From positions 105,669 through 169,668 of the forward strand of contig NIVC01002422.1 in NCBI GenBank assembly GCA_002269645.1: a stretch of 64,000 bases of DNA. The letters are read 5' to 3'. The first letter of the stretch is position 1. Each line of letters opens with the position of its first letter. Below, piece after piece: positions 1-26,870 of this stretch. The notes beneath the pieces were generated by a model. The model saw only the letters and a program-made list of their open reading frames with translations, was not told the origin of the DNA and made no database searches. The stretch is from Macrostomum lignano (taxonomy: Eukaryota). The position numbers and the translations under genes are program-made.

Positions 1-60
1 TCGCTTAAAGTTGTTCAGTTACTTAAGCGCCACATTGTATTTGTAGACATATCTACTCAC

Positions 61-2644
<2,584 letters not shown>

Positions 2645-3017
2645 GCTGCCGCAGAGCTGAGACTAGTGAGTATAGACTGGGCTGCTCGAGCGGCAGCTCA
2701 GAGAGTCTTCGATGCTCAGTTGATTTTGAGAGATTTATCACCTGCTAATAACTGTTCGCGACTTCTGATTGGGCGATTGGGTGAACAGGCTTTTCAGGTC
2801 CATCCGCTATGCTAAAAGTGGTTTTAACTATCTATCCATCAATCCGTGTGTGATTGATAATTACTTCTACTCAAAATGACTTGATAAGTGCTTCAATTCA
2901 TGTCTTCGATTCGATGAAAGCTAGCCTAGATGTGAACAGACTGAACCTGGATTTGAATTTTATTAGTGTAAGTTTTTTAGAAAGATTTTTTTAAAGTGAA
3001 GAAACTCAACATAATAA

Positions 3018-4201
3018 AAGAAGCGTCATGTCAAACATAAAAGAAGTGACATGTCAACCATAAAAGAAGTGCCATGTCAACCATAAAAGAAGTGACATGT
3101 GAAACATAAAAGAAGTGACATGTCAAACATAAAAGATGTGCCATGTCAAACATAAAAGAAGTGTCATGTCAAACATAAAAGAAGTGTCATGTCAAACATA
3201 AAAGAAGTGTCATGTCAACCATAAAAGAAGTGTCATGTCAACCATAAAAGAAGTGTCATGTCAAACATAAAAGAAGTGCCATGTGAAACATAAAAGAAGT
3301 GCCATGTCAACCATAAAAGAAGTGTCATGTCAACCATAAAAGATGTGTCATGTCAACCATAAAAGAAGTGTCATGTCAACCATAAAAGAAGTGTCATGTC
3401 AAACATAAAAGAAGTGTCATGTCAACCATAAAAGAAGTGTCATGTCAAACATAAAAGAAGTGTCATGTCAAACATAAAAGAAGTGTCATGTCAAACATAA
3501 AAGAAGTGTCATGTCAAACATAAAAGAAGTGTCATGTCAAACATAAAAAGTGTCATGTCAAACATAAAAGAAGTGCCATGTGAACCATAAAAAGTGTCAT
3601 GTCAAACATAAAAGAAGTGCCATGTGAACCATAAAAAGTGTCATGTCAAACATAAAAGAAGTGTCATGTCAAACATAAAAGAAGTGTCATGTCAAACATA
3701 AAAAGTGTCATGTCAAACATAAAAGAAGTGTCATGTCAAACATAAAAGAAGTGCCATGTGAACCATAAAAAGTGTCATGTCAAACATAAAAGAAGTGTCA
3801 TGTCAAACATAAAAAGTGTCATGTCAAACATAAAAGAAGTGCCATGTGAACCATAAAAAGTGTCATGTCAAACATAAAAGAAGTGTCATGTCAAACATAA
3901 AAGAAGTGTCATGTCAAACATAAAAAGTGTCATGTCAAACATAAAAGAAGTGCCATGTGAACCATAAAAAGTGTCATGTCAAACATAAAAGAAGTGCCAT
4001 GTGAACCATAAAAAGTGTCATGTCAAACATAAAAGAAGTGTCATGTCAAACATAAAAGAAGTGTCATGTCAAACATAAAAAGTGTCATGTCAAACATAAA
4101 AGAAGTGTCATGTCAAACATAAAAGAAGTGCCATGTGAACCATAAAAAGTGCCATGTCAAACATAAAAGATGCGTCATGTCAACCATAAAAAGTGTCATG
4201 T
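3018..4201. repeat. 23/21-bp minisatellite upstream of copy A
   Basis: Unit CATAAAAGAAGTGTCATGTCAAA. Confidence 0.95.
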
Positions 4202-4689
4202 CTGATACAATGCAGTAAATTTAGAATGCGCATTATGAGACCGTTCTTCCCGGTTCGAGAACCAAACCCGGTGCTACCTGCAGGTACTCAAAATATAATA
4301 GAGTGAGGAAATTTACGCATACACATGACTGGATGAGCTAATTAGTCGTTTCTCTCTTCTAAACATTCCCCTCTTTCTGACAAAAGCAGCAATATCGCAG
4401 CGGTGACTAACAGAAAATTAAATACAGTAACAAGCTCAGCGCTCCACCAGCAAGAAAGACACAAAAAACACACAAGCAAAAATGCATAACGAAGCAGGAT
4501 TCTTTTGTGTGAAAAAACAGACTGCTGTTGAACAACTGCCATATTCGAATAATTCATCTGTCGTCAAAGAGAAGCGTGACTGCAAAGCACTAAAAATAGC
4601 TGCGAGGAGCAAACAGATGCAATCACAGCGAGAAACAATCGGACCGTTAAGAGGCGTTAACGGTGTTCCTTTTATCGGGGTTGGCTGTC

Positions 4690-5240
4690 TGGTATGTCGT
4701 TGGGCGCGAGGTAAAAAGTGCCTCTGCTCCGGCTGAATGCAACTCCTCATTGTCAGCATCCGCGTTGCCGAGGATCACTCAGTGCCTACACGGATCATTG
4801 CCTCCTGCGCTCCACCACTAAACAGAGCACAGCTCTTTGAAGAGATCGTTTTGAAATTTCGAGCCAGCACTGATGGCATCATTCAAGCAGGCTCCATTGC
4901 AGTGCGTTGAAGCATCTTAGACTATGCGCGACTTTGTGGTGTCGTAGCCGGCTCGAACCACTGCGAAGTGCGACAGGTACGAGCTACCTCCAACCCGCCA
5001 CTGGCACAGTGCCTTCGACTTCTTCTATGTAGCCTTTAACCACATGTTCGTCAAGCACCTCCTGGTGCGCATTCGCCAGGCCTGGATCCTTTTCCACAGC
5101 TCATTCCGATCCACGCTTGCAAGCACCGCTTAAGTATCAGTCCCTAGGCAGCTAAAACACAGTCACTTCTGTTTTACAGCTTCCCACCTGGCCTGAGGGT
5201 CCATTCTTAGACATTTCTGACACCTCCATACTCCATGCTG
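4690..5240 (-). mobile_element. BEL/Pao relic: gag zinc knuckle fused directly to reverse-transcriptase fragment
   Basis: HGVWRCQKCLRMDPQARWEAVKQK*LCFSCL at 5130-5240, then [46 protein letters not shown] and IQPEQRHFL, typical of BEL RT (YLPHH.V...TTK.R.V.DAS...SLND...GP). Confidence 0.72.
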
Positions 5241-5249
5241 CTCATTGCT

Positions 5250-5620
5250 CCTACACACAGCACCCTCCCACTGCAAACCCCCTCCCACACAAAACCCTCC
5301 CATGTGCAAACCCCCACAAACACAACACCCTCCCACTCCCAACCCTACACACACATCACCCTCCCACTGCCAACACCACACACACAACACCCTCCCACTG
5401 CCAACACCACACACACAACACCCTCCCACTGACAACACCACACACACAGCACCCTCCCACTGCAAACCATCTCCCACTGCCAACTCCCTCCCACACAAAA
5501 CCCTCCCATGTGCAAACCCCCCACAAACACAACACCCTCCCACTGCCAACCCCACACGCACAACACCCTCCCACTGCCAACCCCACACGCACAACACCCT
5601 CGCAGGCCCAACCCCACGCA
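5250..5620. repeat. CA-rich minisatellite at the tandem-unit junction (second copy at about 19632-20050)
   Basis: Unit approximately CACACACAACACCCTCCCACTGCCAAC. Confidence 0.9.
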
Positions 5621-5929
5621 CCACCCCTTTTCTCTTTCGACCATTTTAACAAGAACAAAGTCAAAACTCAAAATTGGCTAGGTTATATTTCTCAATAAGT
5701 GGCTCCAGCATCAGAGAGCGTCCACAGGGATAAAGTTTTGCTTTCGTCGTTTTGCTACACTTTTTTCTTTGTCAAGAACAAGCCACGGGCAGTAGGGGTA
5801 GGGAGGCTTTCGCCAAATTCAGTGGCTTATTAATATTGGTAGCCTCTGGCTCAATCAAGTAGGCATGTTCTGATCAATCAGAAAATCCGGTTCGGAATTG
5901 AAACCTCCAAGAAGCGAGTTCGCAGGGAG

Positions 5930-17268
<11,339 letters not shown>

Positions 17269-17637
17269 GCTGCCGCAGAGCTGAGACTAGTGAGTATAGA
17301 CTGGGCTGCTCGAGCGGCAGCTCAGAGAGTCTTCGATGCTCAGTTGATTTTGAGAGATTTATCACCTGCTAATAACTGTTCGCGACTTCTGATTGGGCAA
17401 TTGGGTGAACAGGCTTTTCAGGTCCATCCGCTATGCTAAAAGTGGTTTTAACTATCTATCCATCAATCCGTGTGTGATTGATAATTACTTCTACTCAAAA
17501 TGACTTGATAAGTGCTTCAATTCATGTCTTCGATTCGATGAAAGCCAGCCTAGATGTGAACAGACTGAACCTGGATTCGAATTTTATTAGTGTAAGTTTT
17601 TTAGAAAGATTTTTTTAAAGTGAAAAAACTCAACATA

Positions 17638-18588
17638 ATAAAAGAAGCGTCATGTCAACCATAAAAGATGCGTCATGTCAACCATAAAAGATGCGTCATG
17701 TCAAACATAAAAGAAGTGTCATTTCAACCATAAAAGATGCGTCATGTCAACCATAAAAGATGCGTCATGTCAAACATAAAAGAAGTTTCATGTCAAACAT
17801 AAAAGAAGTGTCATGTCAAACATAAAATAAGTGTCATGTCAAACATAAAAGAAGTGTCATGTCAAACATAAAAGAAGTGTCATGTCAAACATAAAAGAAG
17901 TGTCATGTCAAACATAAAAGAAGTGTCATGTCAAACATAAAAGAAGTGTCTTGTCAAACATAAAAGAAGTGACATGTCAACCATAAAAGAAGCGTCATGT
18001 CAAACATAAAAGATGCTTCATGTCAAACATAAAAGAAGTGACATGTCAAACATAAAAGAAGTGTCATGTCAAACATAAAAGAAGTGTCATGTCAAACATA
18101 AAAGAAGTGTCATGTCAAACATAAAAGAAGTGTCATGTCAAACATAAAAGAAGTGACATGTCAAACATAAAAGAAGTGTCATGTCAAACATAAAAGAAGC
18201 GTCATGTCAAACATAAAAGATGCGTCATGTCAAACATAAAAGAAGTGTCATGTCAAACATAAAAGATGCGTCATGTCAAACATAAAAAGTGTCATGTCAA
18301 ACATAAAAGAAGTGTCATGTCAAACATAAAAAGTGTCATGTCAAACATAAAAGAAGTGTCATGTCAAACATAAAAGATGCGTCATGTCAAACATAAAAGA
18401 AGTGTCATGTCAAACATAAAAGAAGTGTCATGTCAAACATAAAAGAAGTGTCATGTCAAACATAAAAGATGCGTCATGTCAAACATAAAAAGTGTCATGT
18501 CAAACATAAAAGAAGTGTCATGTCAAACATAAAAAGTGTCATGTCAAACATAAAAGATGCGTCATGTCAAACATAAAAAGTGTCATGT
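17638..18588. repeat. 23/21-bp minisatellite upstream of copy B
   Basis: Same unit as 3018-4201. Confidence 0.95.
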
Positions 18589-19089
18589 CTGATACAATGC
18601 AGTAAATTTAGAATGCGCATTATGAGACCGTTCTTCCCGGTTCGAGAACCAAACCCGGTGCTACCTGCAGGTACTCAAAATATAATAGAGTGAGGAAATT
18701 TACGCATACACATGACTGGATGAGCTAATTAGTCGTTTCTCTCTTCTAAACATTCCCCTCTTTCTGACAAAAGCAGCAATATCGCAGCGGTGACTAACAG
18801 AAAATTAAATACAGTAACAAGCTCAGCGCTCCGCCAGCAAGAAAGACACAAAAAACACGCAAGCAAAAACGCATAACGAAGCAGAATCTCTTGGTTTGCA
18901 AAACAGACTGCTGTTGAACAACTGCCATATTCGAACAATTCATCTGTCGTCAAAGAGAAGCGTGACTGCAAAGCACTAAAAATAGCTGCGAGGAGCAAAC
19001 AGCTCGCCCTCAGCGATAAAATCACAGCGAGAAACAATCGGACCGTTAAGAGGCGTTAACGGTGTTCCTTTTATCGGGGTTGGTCGTCT

Positions 19090-19630
19090 GGTATGTGCGT
19101 TGGGCGCGAGGTAAAAAGCGCCTCTGCTCCGGCTGAATGCAACTCCTCATTGTCAGCATCCGCGTTGCCGAGGATCACTCAGTGCCTGCACGGATCATTG
19201 CCTCCTGCGCTCCACCACTAAACAGAGCACAGCTCTTTGAAGAGATCGTTTTGAATTTTGAGCCAGCACTGATGGCATCATTCAAGCAGGCTCCATTGCA
19301 GTGCGTTGAAGCATCTTAGACTATGCGCGACTTTGTGGTGTCGTAGCCGGCTCGAATCACTGCGAAGTGCGACAGGTACGAGCTACCTCCAACCCGCCAC
19401 TGGCACAGTGTCTTCGACTTCTTCTATGTAGCCTTTAACCACATGTTCGTCAAGCACCTCCTGGTGCGCATTCGCCAGGCCTGGATCCTTTTCCACAGCT
19501 CATTCCGATCCACGCTTGCAAGCACCGCTTAAGTATCAGTCCCTAGGCAGCTAAAACACAGTCACTTCTGGCCTGAGGGTCCATTCTTAGACATTTCTGA
19601 CACCTCCATACTCCATGCTGCTCATTGCTC
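19090..19630 (-). mobile_element. BEL/Pao gag/RT relic, duplicate of 4690-5240
   Basis: Near-identical sequence carried in the tandem duplication; has an extra short deletion near 19568. Confidence 0.7.
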
Positions 19631-21412
19631 CTACACACAGCACCCTCCCACTGCAAACCCCCTCCCACACAAACCCTCCCATGTGCAAACCCCCCACAAA
19701 CACAACACCCTCCCACTGCCAACCCTACACACACAACACCCTCCCACTGCCAACACCACACACACAACACCCTCCCACTGCCAACACCACACACACAACA
19801 CCCTCCCACTGCCAACACCACACACACAACACCCTCCCACTGCCAACACCATACACACAACACCCTCCCACTGCCAACACCACACACACAACACCCTCCC
19901 ACTGCAAACCCTCTCCCACACAAAACCCTCCCATGTGCAAACCCCCCACAAACACAACACCCTCCCACTGCCAACCCACAAACACAACACCCTCCCACTG
20001 CCAACCCCACACGCACAACACCCTCACAGGCCCAACCCCACGCACCACCCCTTTTCTCTTTCGACCATTTTAACAAGAACAAAGTCAAAACTCAAAATTG
20101 GCTTGGTTATATTTCTCAATAAGTGGCTCCTGCATCAGAGAGCGTCCACAGGGATAAAGTTTTGCTTTCGTCGTTTTGCTATACTTTTTTCTTTGTCAAA
20201 AACAAGCCACGGGCAGTTAGGGGGTAGGGAGGCTTTCGCCAAATCCAGTGGCTTATTAATATTGGTAGCCTCTGGCTTATTAATATTGGTAGCCTCTGGC
20301 TTAATCAAGTAGGTATGTTCTGATCCGTCAGAAAATCCAGTTCGGAATTGAAACTTTCAAGAAGCGAGTTCGCAGGGAGTCACATTTCAAGAGACTCATT
20401 TCTAGCCGTGTTGACTCGCCCAGTCCCGTTGGGGTCATTGTTGCACACCGTCCTCAGCACCGTGTTGGCGTCGGCGACTCTGACGCGTCGGTCTTTGAGG
20501 ATGGTCAGCACCTGGAATTCGATTTAGTCCGGATGTCCGATGGGGCTGCGAAGCGCCTGAGATTCACAATGTCTCGTAAGCTAAGCCTCCAGCCTAGACC
20601 TCATCAGAAAGTAATACAAATTTAGGTAAGTAGCGCTGGTAACTCGAAAACAAAATTGCTAACTTGCACTAATTACCAAAACTTGCAGTCCGCTCTACAG
20701 CCCACACCCCAGCAACCCCAGCCCACACTCCAGCCCACACTCCAGCCCACACTCCAGCCCACACACCAACCCACACTCCAGCCCACACTCCAACCCACAC
20801 TCCAGCCCACTCACCAACCCACACTCCAGCCCACACCCCAACCAACACTCCAGCCCACACCCGAACCCACACTCAAGCCCACATCCCAACCCACACTCAA
20901 GTCCATACCCCAGCCCACACCTCAGCCCACACTCAAGCCCACACCCCACACTCCAGCACACATCCCAACCCACACCCTAACCCACACCCCACACCACACC
21001 CCACACCCCACACCCTGACCACCGACCTTCCCGCCAAACACCAGCAGCACGGTGGTGGCTGAGCAGATGTTGATGCAGCAGGTCAGCAGCACGAGTCGCA
21101 GGTCCACCGAGCCGATGGGCAGCGCAAACTCCAGCACCACGCCGATCAGCCCCATCACGGTGGTGTTGTACACGCAGATTCCGATCACCTTCGAGTCGTT
21201 CAGCGCTTCCACGTGAATTGTGCGAGTCTCCCAGGCAAAGAAGATTCCGAACAGAAGGAACACCGCCTTCATGCCGATGATGAGGCCCTTCCACAGCACC
21301 TCGCTGCTGGACTGACACACGACCAGCTTGTGCAGAACCACAGCTCCGTCAGAGATCATGTCCTGCATTGGCATGGCACTGCATGTCAGTGGAATGTCAG
21401 TGGAATGTCAGA

Positions 21413-24400
21413 AATCACACTGCACACCCTGTTACCTGCTCAGACAGTCTCTTGTGAATGCAGAGTACAGAATCACTGCACACCCTGTTACCTGCTCAGA
21501 CAGTCTCTTGTGAATGCAGAGTACAGAATCACTGCACACCCTGTTACCTGCTCAGACAGTCTCTTGTGAATGCAGAGTACAGAATCACTGCACACCCTGT
21601 CACCTGCTCAGACAGTCTCTTGTGAATGTAGAGTACAGAATCACTGCACACCCTGTTACCTGCTCAGACAGTCTCTTGTGAATGCAGAGTACAGAATCAC
21701 TGCACACCCTGTCACCTGCTCAGACAGTCTCTTGTGAATGCAGAGTACAGAATCACTGCACACCCTGTCACCTGCTCAGACAGTCTCTTGTGAATGCAGA
21801 GTACAGAATCACTGCACACCCTGTTACCTGCTCAGACAGTCTCTTGTGAATGCAGAGTACAGAATCACTGCACAAACTGTCACCTGCTCAGACAGTCTCT
21901 TGTGAATGCAGAGTACAGAATCACTGCACACCCTGTTACCTGCTCAGACAGTCTCTTGTGAATGCAGAGTACAGAATCACTGCACACCCTGTTACCTGCT
22001 CAGACAGTCTCTTGTGAATGCAGAGTACAGAATCACTGCACACCCTGTCACCTGCTCAGACAGTCTCTTGTGAATGCAGAGTACAGAATCACTGCACATC
22101 CTGTTACCTGCTCAGACAGTCTCTTGTGAATGCAGAGTACAGAATCACTGCACACCCTGTCACCTGCTCAGACAGTCTCTTGTGAATGCAGAGTACAGAA
22201 TCACTGCACACCCTGTTACCTGCTCAGACAGTCTCTTGTGAATGCAGAGTACAGAATCACTGCACACCCTGTTACCTGCTCAGACAGTCTCTTGTGAGTG
22301 CAGAGTACAGAATCACTGCACACCCTGTCACCTGCTCAGACAGTCTCTTGTGAATGCAGAGTACAGAATCACTGCACACCCTGTTACCTGCTCAGACAGT
22401 CTCTTGTGAATGCAGAGTACAGAATCACTGCACACCCTGTTACCTGCTCAGACAGTCTCTTGTGAATGCAGAGTACAGAATCACTGCACACCCTGTTACC
22501 TGCTCAGACAGTCTCTTGTGAATGCAGAGTACAGAATCACTGCACAAACTGTCACCTGCTCAGACAGTCTCTTGTGAATGCAGAGTACAGAATCACTGCA
22601 CACCCTGTTACCTGCTCAGACAGTCTCTTGTGAATGCAGAGTACAGAATCACTGCACACCCTGTCACCTGCTCAGACAGTCTCTTGTGAATGCAGAGTAC
22701 AGAATCACTGCACACCCTGTTACCTGCTCAGACAGTCTCTTGTGAATGCAGAGTACAGAATCACTGCACACCCTGTCACCTGCTCAGACAGTCTCTTGTG
22801 AGTGCAGAGTACAGAATCACTGCACACCCTGTTACCTGCTCAGACAGTCTCTTGTGAATGCAGAGTACAGAATCACTGCACAAACTGTCACCTGCTCAGA
22901 CAGTCTCTTGTGAATGCAGAGTACAGAATCACTGCACACCCTGTTACCTGCTCAGACAGTCTCTTGTGAATGCAGAGTACAGAATCACTGCACACCCTGT
23001 TACCTGCTCAGACAGTCTCTTGTGAATGCAGAGTACAGAATCACTGCACACCCTGTTACCTGCTCAGACAGTCTCTTGTGAGTGCAGAGTACAGAATCAC
23101 TGCACACCCTGTTACCTGCTCAGACAGTCTCTTGTGAATGCAGAGTACAGAATCACAGCACACCCTGTTACCTGCTCAGACAGTCTCTTGTGAATGCAGA
23201 GTACAGAATCACTGCACACCCTGTTACCTGCTCAGACAGTCTCTTGTGAGTGCAGAGTACAGAATCACTGCACACCCTGTTACCTGCTCAGACAGTCTCT
23301 TGTGAATGCACAGTACAGAATCACTGCACACCCTGTTACCTGCTCAGACAGTCTCTTGTGAATGCAGAGTACAGAATCACAGCACACCCTGTCACCTGCT
23401 CAGACAGTCTCTTGTGAATGCAGAGTACAGAGTCACTGCACACCCTGTTACCTGCTCAGACAGTCTCTTGTGAATGCAGAGTACAGAATCACTGCACACC
23501 CTGTCACCTGCTCAGACAGTCTCTTGTGAATGCAGAGTACAGAATCACAGCACACCCTGTTACCTGCTCAGACAGTCTCTTGTGAATGCACAGTACAGAA
23601 TCACAGCACACCCTGTTACCTGCTCAGACAGTCTCTTGTGAATGCAGAGTACAGAATCACTGCACACCCTGTTACCTGCTCAGACAGTCTCTTGTGAATG
23701 CAGAGTACAGAATCACTGCACACCCTGTTACCTGCTCAGACAGTCTCTTGTGAGTGCAGAGTACAGAATCACTGCACACCCTGTTACCTGCTCAGACAGT
23801 CTCTTGTGAATGCAGAGTACAGAATCACTGCACACCCTGTTACCTGCTCAGACAGTCTCTTGTGAATGTAGAGTACAGAATCACTGCACACCCTGTTACC
23901 TGCTCAGACAGTCTCTTGTGAATGCACAGTACAGAATCACTGCACAACCTGTTACCTGCTCAGACAGTCCCTTGTGAGTGCAGAGTACAGAATCACTGCA
24001 CACCCTGTTACCTGCTCAGACAGTCTCTTGTGAATACAGAGTACAGAATCACTGCACACCCTGTTACCTGCTCAGACAGTCTCTTGTGAATGCAGAGTAC
24101 AGAATCACTGCACACCCTGTTACCTGCTCAGACAGTCTCTTGTGAATGCACAGTACAGAATCACTGCACAACCTGTTACCTGCTCAGACAGTCCCTTGTG
24201 AGTGCAGAGTACAGAATCACTGCACACCCTGTTACCTGCTCAGACAGTCTCTTGTGAATACAGAGTACAGAATCACTGCACACCCTGTTACCTGCTCAGA
24301 CAGTCTCTTGTGAATGCAGAGTACAGAATCACACTGCACAACCTGTTACCTGCTCAGACAGTCTCTTGTGAATGCAGAGTACAGAATCACTGCACAACCT

Positions 24401-24480
24401 GTTACCTGCTCAGACAGTCTCTTGTGAATGCAGAGTACAGAATCACAGTACACCCTGTTACCTGCTCAGACAGTCTCTTG
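21413..24480. repeat. 56-bp donor-containing minisatellite (about 55 units), copy C intron 11
   Basis: Same unit as 6857-7520. Confidence 0.95.
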
Positions 24481-26119
24481 ACAGCCAAGGCTGGTGAATC
24501 CAGGAGTCCAAGAGCCAGCAGCAGTCCAGCATCCATCAGCAGAATAGCGGCAATCACCATGCAGAGGTGCCAGTCCTTGATGGTCTAAAATCCGGTAATG
24601 CGTGACCAGGCTGGCTCAAGGTCATTCAGGGGACTGACTATACACGAGCACTGCAGTGCAGATGGACTCACAGTCAGCCTCATCTTGTTGGTGAAGATTC
24701 TGTGGACTCGCCACGTCTTTGCCAGAATTCCACCGAAGGCGCACGAGTAGCCAGTGATGAGGCAGAGCAGCTGGGACCAGCACAATCCGAGCTGGCTTCC
24801 CATGTACGCGTTGAAGGTCATGATGAGGCAGGACGCGTGGCACAGGAGGCAGCCCAGTCCGATGATGGTGTTCACGATGGGGCTGCTGAGCCGGATGTAG
24901 GGCACCTTGCGGAACCACAGGTTCACCGCCATGGCGGCCAGGGTGAGGCAGGCGCCGCAGGCAGACAGGCCGCCAGAGACCACGGCGCTGACGAGGCTGG
25001 CGTGGACGAGCTTTGAGAGGATTCTGGGAGAGTCGACTGGAGCTGAGCCGCCTGCGGGACGGGGTGAGAGATGCGCTGATGGGGCTCGGGAGACTGGGCT
25101 GATGGGGACTCGGGAGACTGGGCTGATGGGGGGCTCGGGAGACTGGGCTGTTGGGGACTCGGGAGACTGGGCTGATGGGGACTCGGGAGACTGGGCTGAT
25201 GGGGACTCGGGAGACTGCACTGATGGGGACTCGGGAGACTGAGCTGATGGGGTCTCGGGAGACTGGGCTGATGGGTAACTCGGGAGACTGGGCTGATGGG
25301 GACTCGGGAGACTGAGCTGATGGGGTCTCGGGAGACTGGGCTGATGGGGTCTCGGGAGTCTGAGCTGATGAGGGACTCTGGAGACTGGGCTGATAGGGGG
25401 AAATTCGAAAGGGTTAGGGTTAGGGATGGAGTGTTGATGGCCTAGCATTCGAATGGCGTACCCTCGAACCACAGTGGTTTGATCCAGCGACTGTCCCCTG
25501 TCTTCGGTTGATAAGTTGCAACCAAATCTCTCTTGAGACCTAGGGTAGGATGACACTCGTTGGCAATGTTCGTGCGTATAATTTAAATTTTTAGAATAAG
25601 ACTTAATCCCATGTCTTACCTCGGATTTGGTAAATAATAACGGTAGGTTCTCTGTCGCCCTTCGAATCAAAATTGACGGGACCCTGCAGTTGTTGCTTTA
25701 TTCGTTGTTATGCATGTTTGTGATGCGGTAAAAATCTATAGTGATTTGCAAAGGTATAACAAAATACTCTTGTACACTATTGCAGTCTTGTACACTGTAC
25801 CAGTCTTGTACACTGTACTAGTCTTGTACACTGTACTAGTCTTGTAAACTATAGAAGTCTTTTACATTATAGCCTTCTTGTATACAACAGCAGTCTTGTA
25901 CACTATAGCAGTCTTGTACACTTTATACACTTGAGAATTCTGGTACAACCTGATGAAATTGTACCCCTGTTTAAAATGCGATTCATCATCATTCCAAGGA
26001 ACGAATATTCTTGTTCTTTTCCTTAGGTATCCTTTAATTTCTACTCTTAGTAGTGGACTGGCGCAGAGAAGCATTTATCTTTATATTGTAGCGCCTTGTT
26101 TCCCACTGTCCTTGCGTAA

Positions 26120-26870
26120 TATAGCTTTTTGCAGCCCATTTGGGCTTATGCGCATTGAATTTAATCCAAGATAGGTTTGTCAAAGTAATGGAGCTTTTGT
26201 CTATGGTAGCAAGGCTGGCACAGCGGCATTTAATTTGGCCCAACAAGCATCAATTTGGTCCATTTAGTTCATTTGCAGCTCAGTCCCAGAATTGTGGACC
26301 ATATGCTAGGCTGTTGAACGAATGTCATTGGCTTGTGATCGAAGCACTCGACGGAGGTGAACACCCAAAGGACATTGCAAGGTTGTTGAATGTAAAAGAA
26401 AAGGTGGTTTACAGCATCCAGCAGCGCGTTGAAACTCTGCCGGCAGAGATTGCCTGCGAAAGGGTGGCAATCGCCAAAGAAAGTTGCTCGAGAGCCTCAG
26501 GTCCAACTGCTACTCGATGCAGTAGAAACGAACCCTTTGTTGACATTTCAGAAAATGCAGCAGAAGTTGAGGGAACAGCTCCAGTTGGTTATCAGATTTC
26601 GACCATCAGCAGAGCTCTGGAAAAGCAACTGAAAACTTTTGTTAGAGACGCTGACATTCCAGTGGTGCGCAATAACCTGCAGACGGTTGAGAGAAGGCAA
26701 GAGTTTGTCCAATGGCTCACGAGTGTTTGGACCAAATTGATGCTTTTTGGACCAAATTAAATGCTGCTGCGCCAGCCTTGCTACCATAGACAAAAGCTCT
26801 GTTACATTGGCAAACGTATCTTGGATTAATTAAAATGCGCGTAGGCCCAAATGGGCTGCAAAATGCTATA
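26120..26870 (+). mobile_element. Same IS630/Tc1-like element, duplicated with GPCR copy C
   Basis: Same position in intron 7, offset 16479-16480 from the first copy. Confidence 0.75.
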
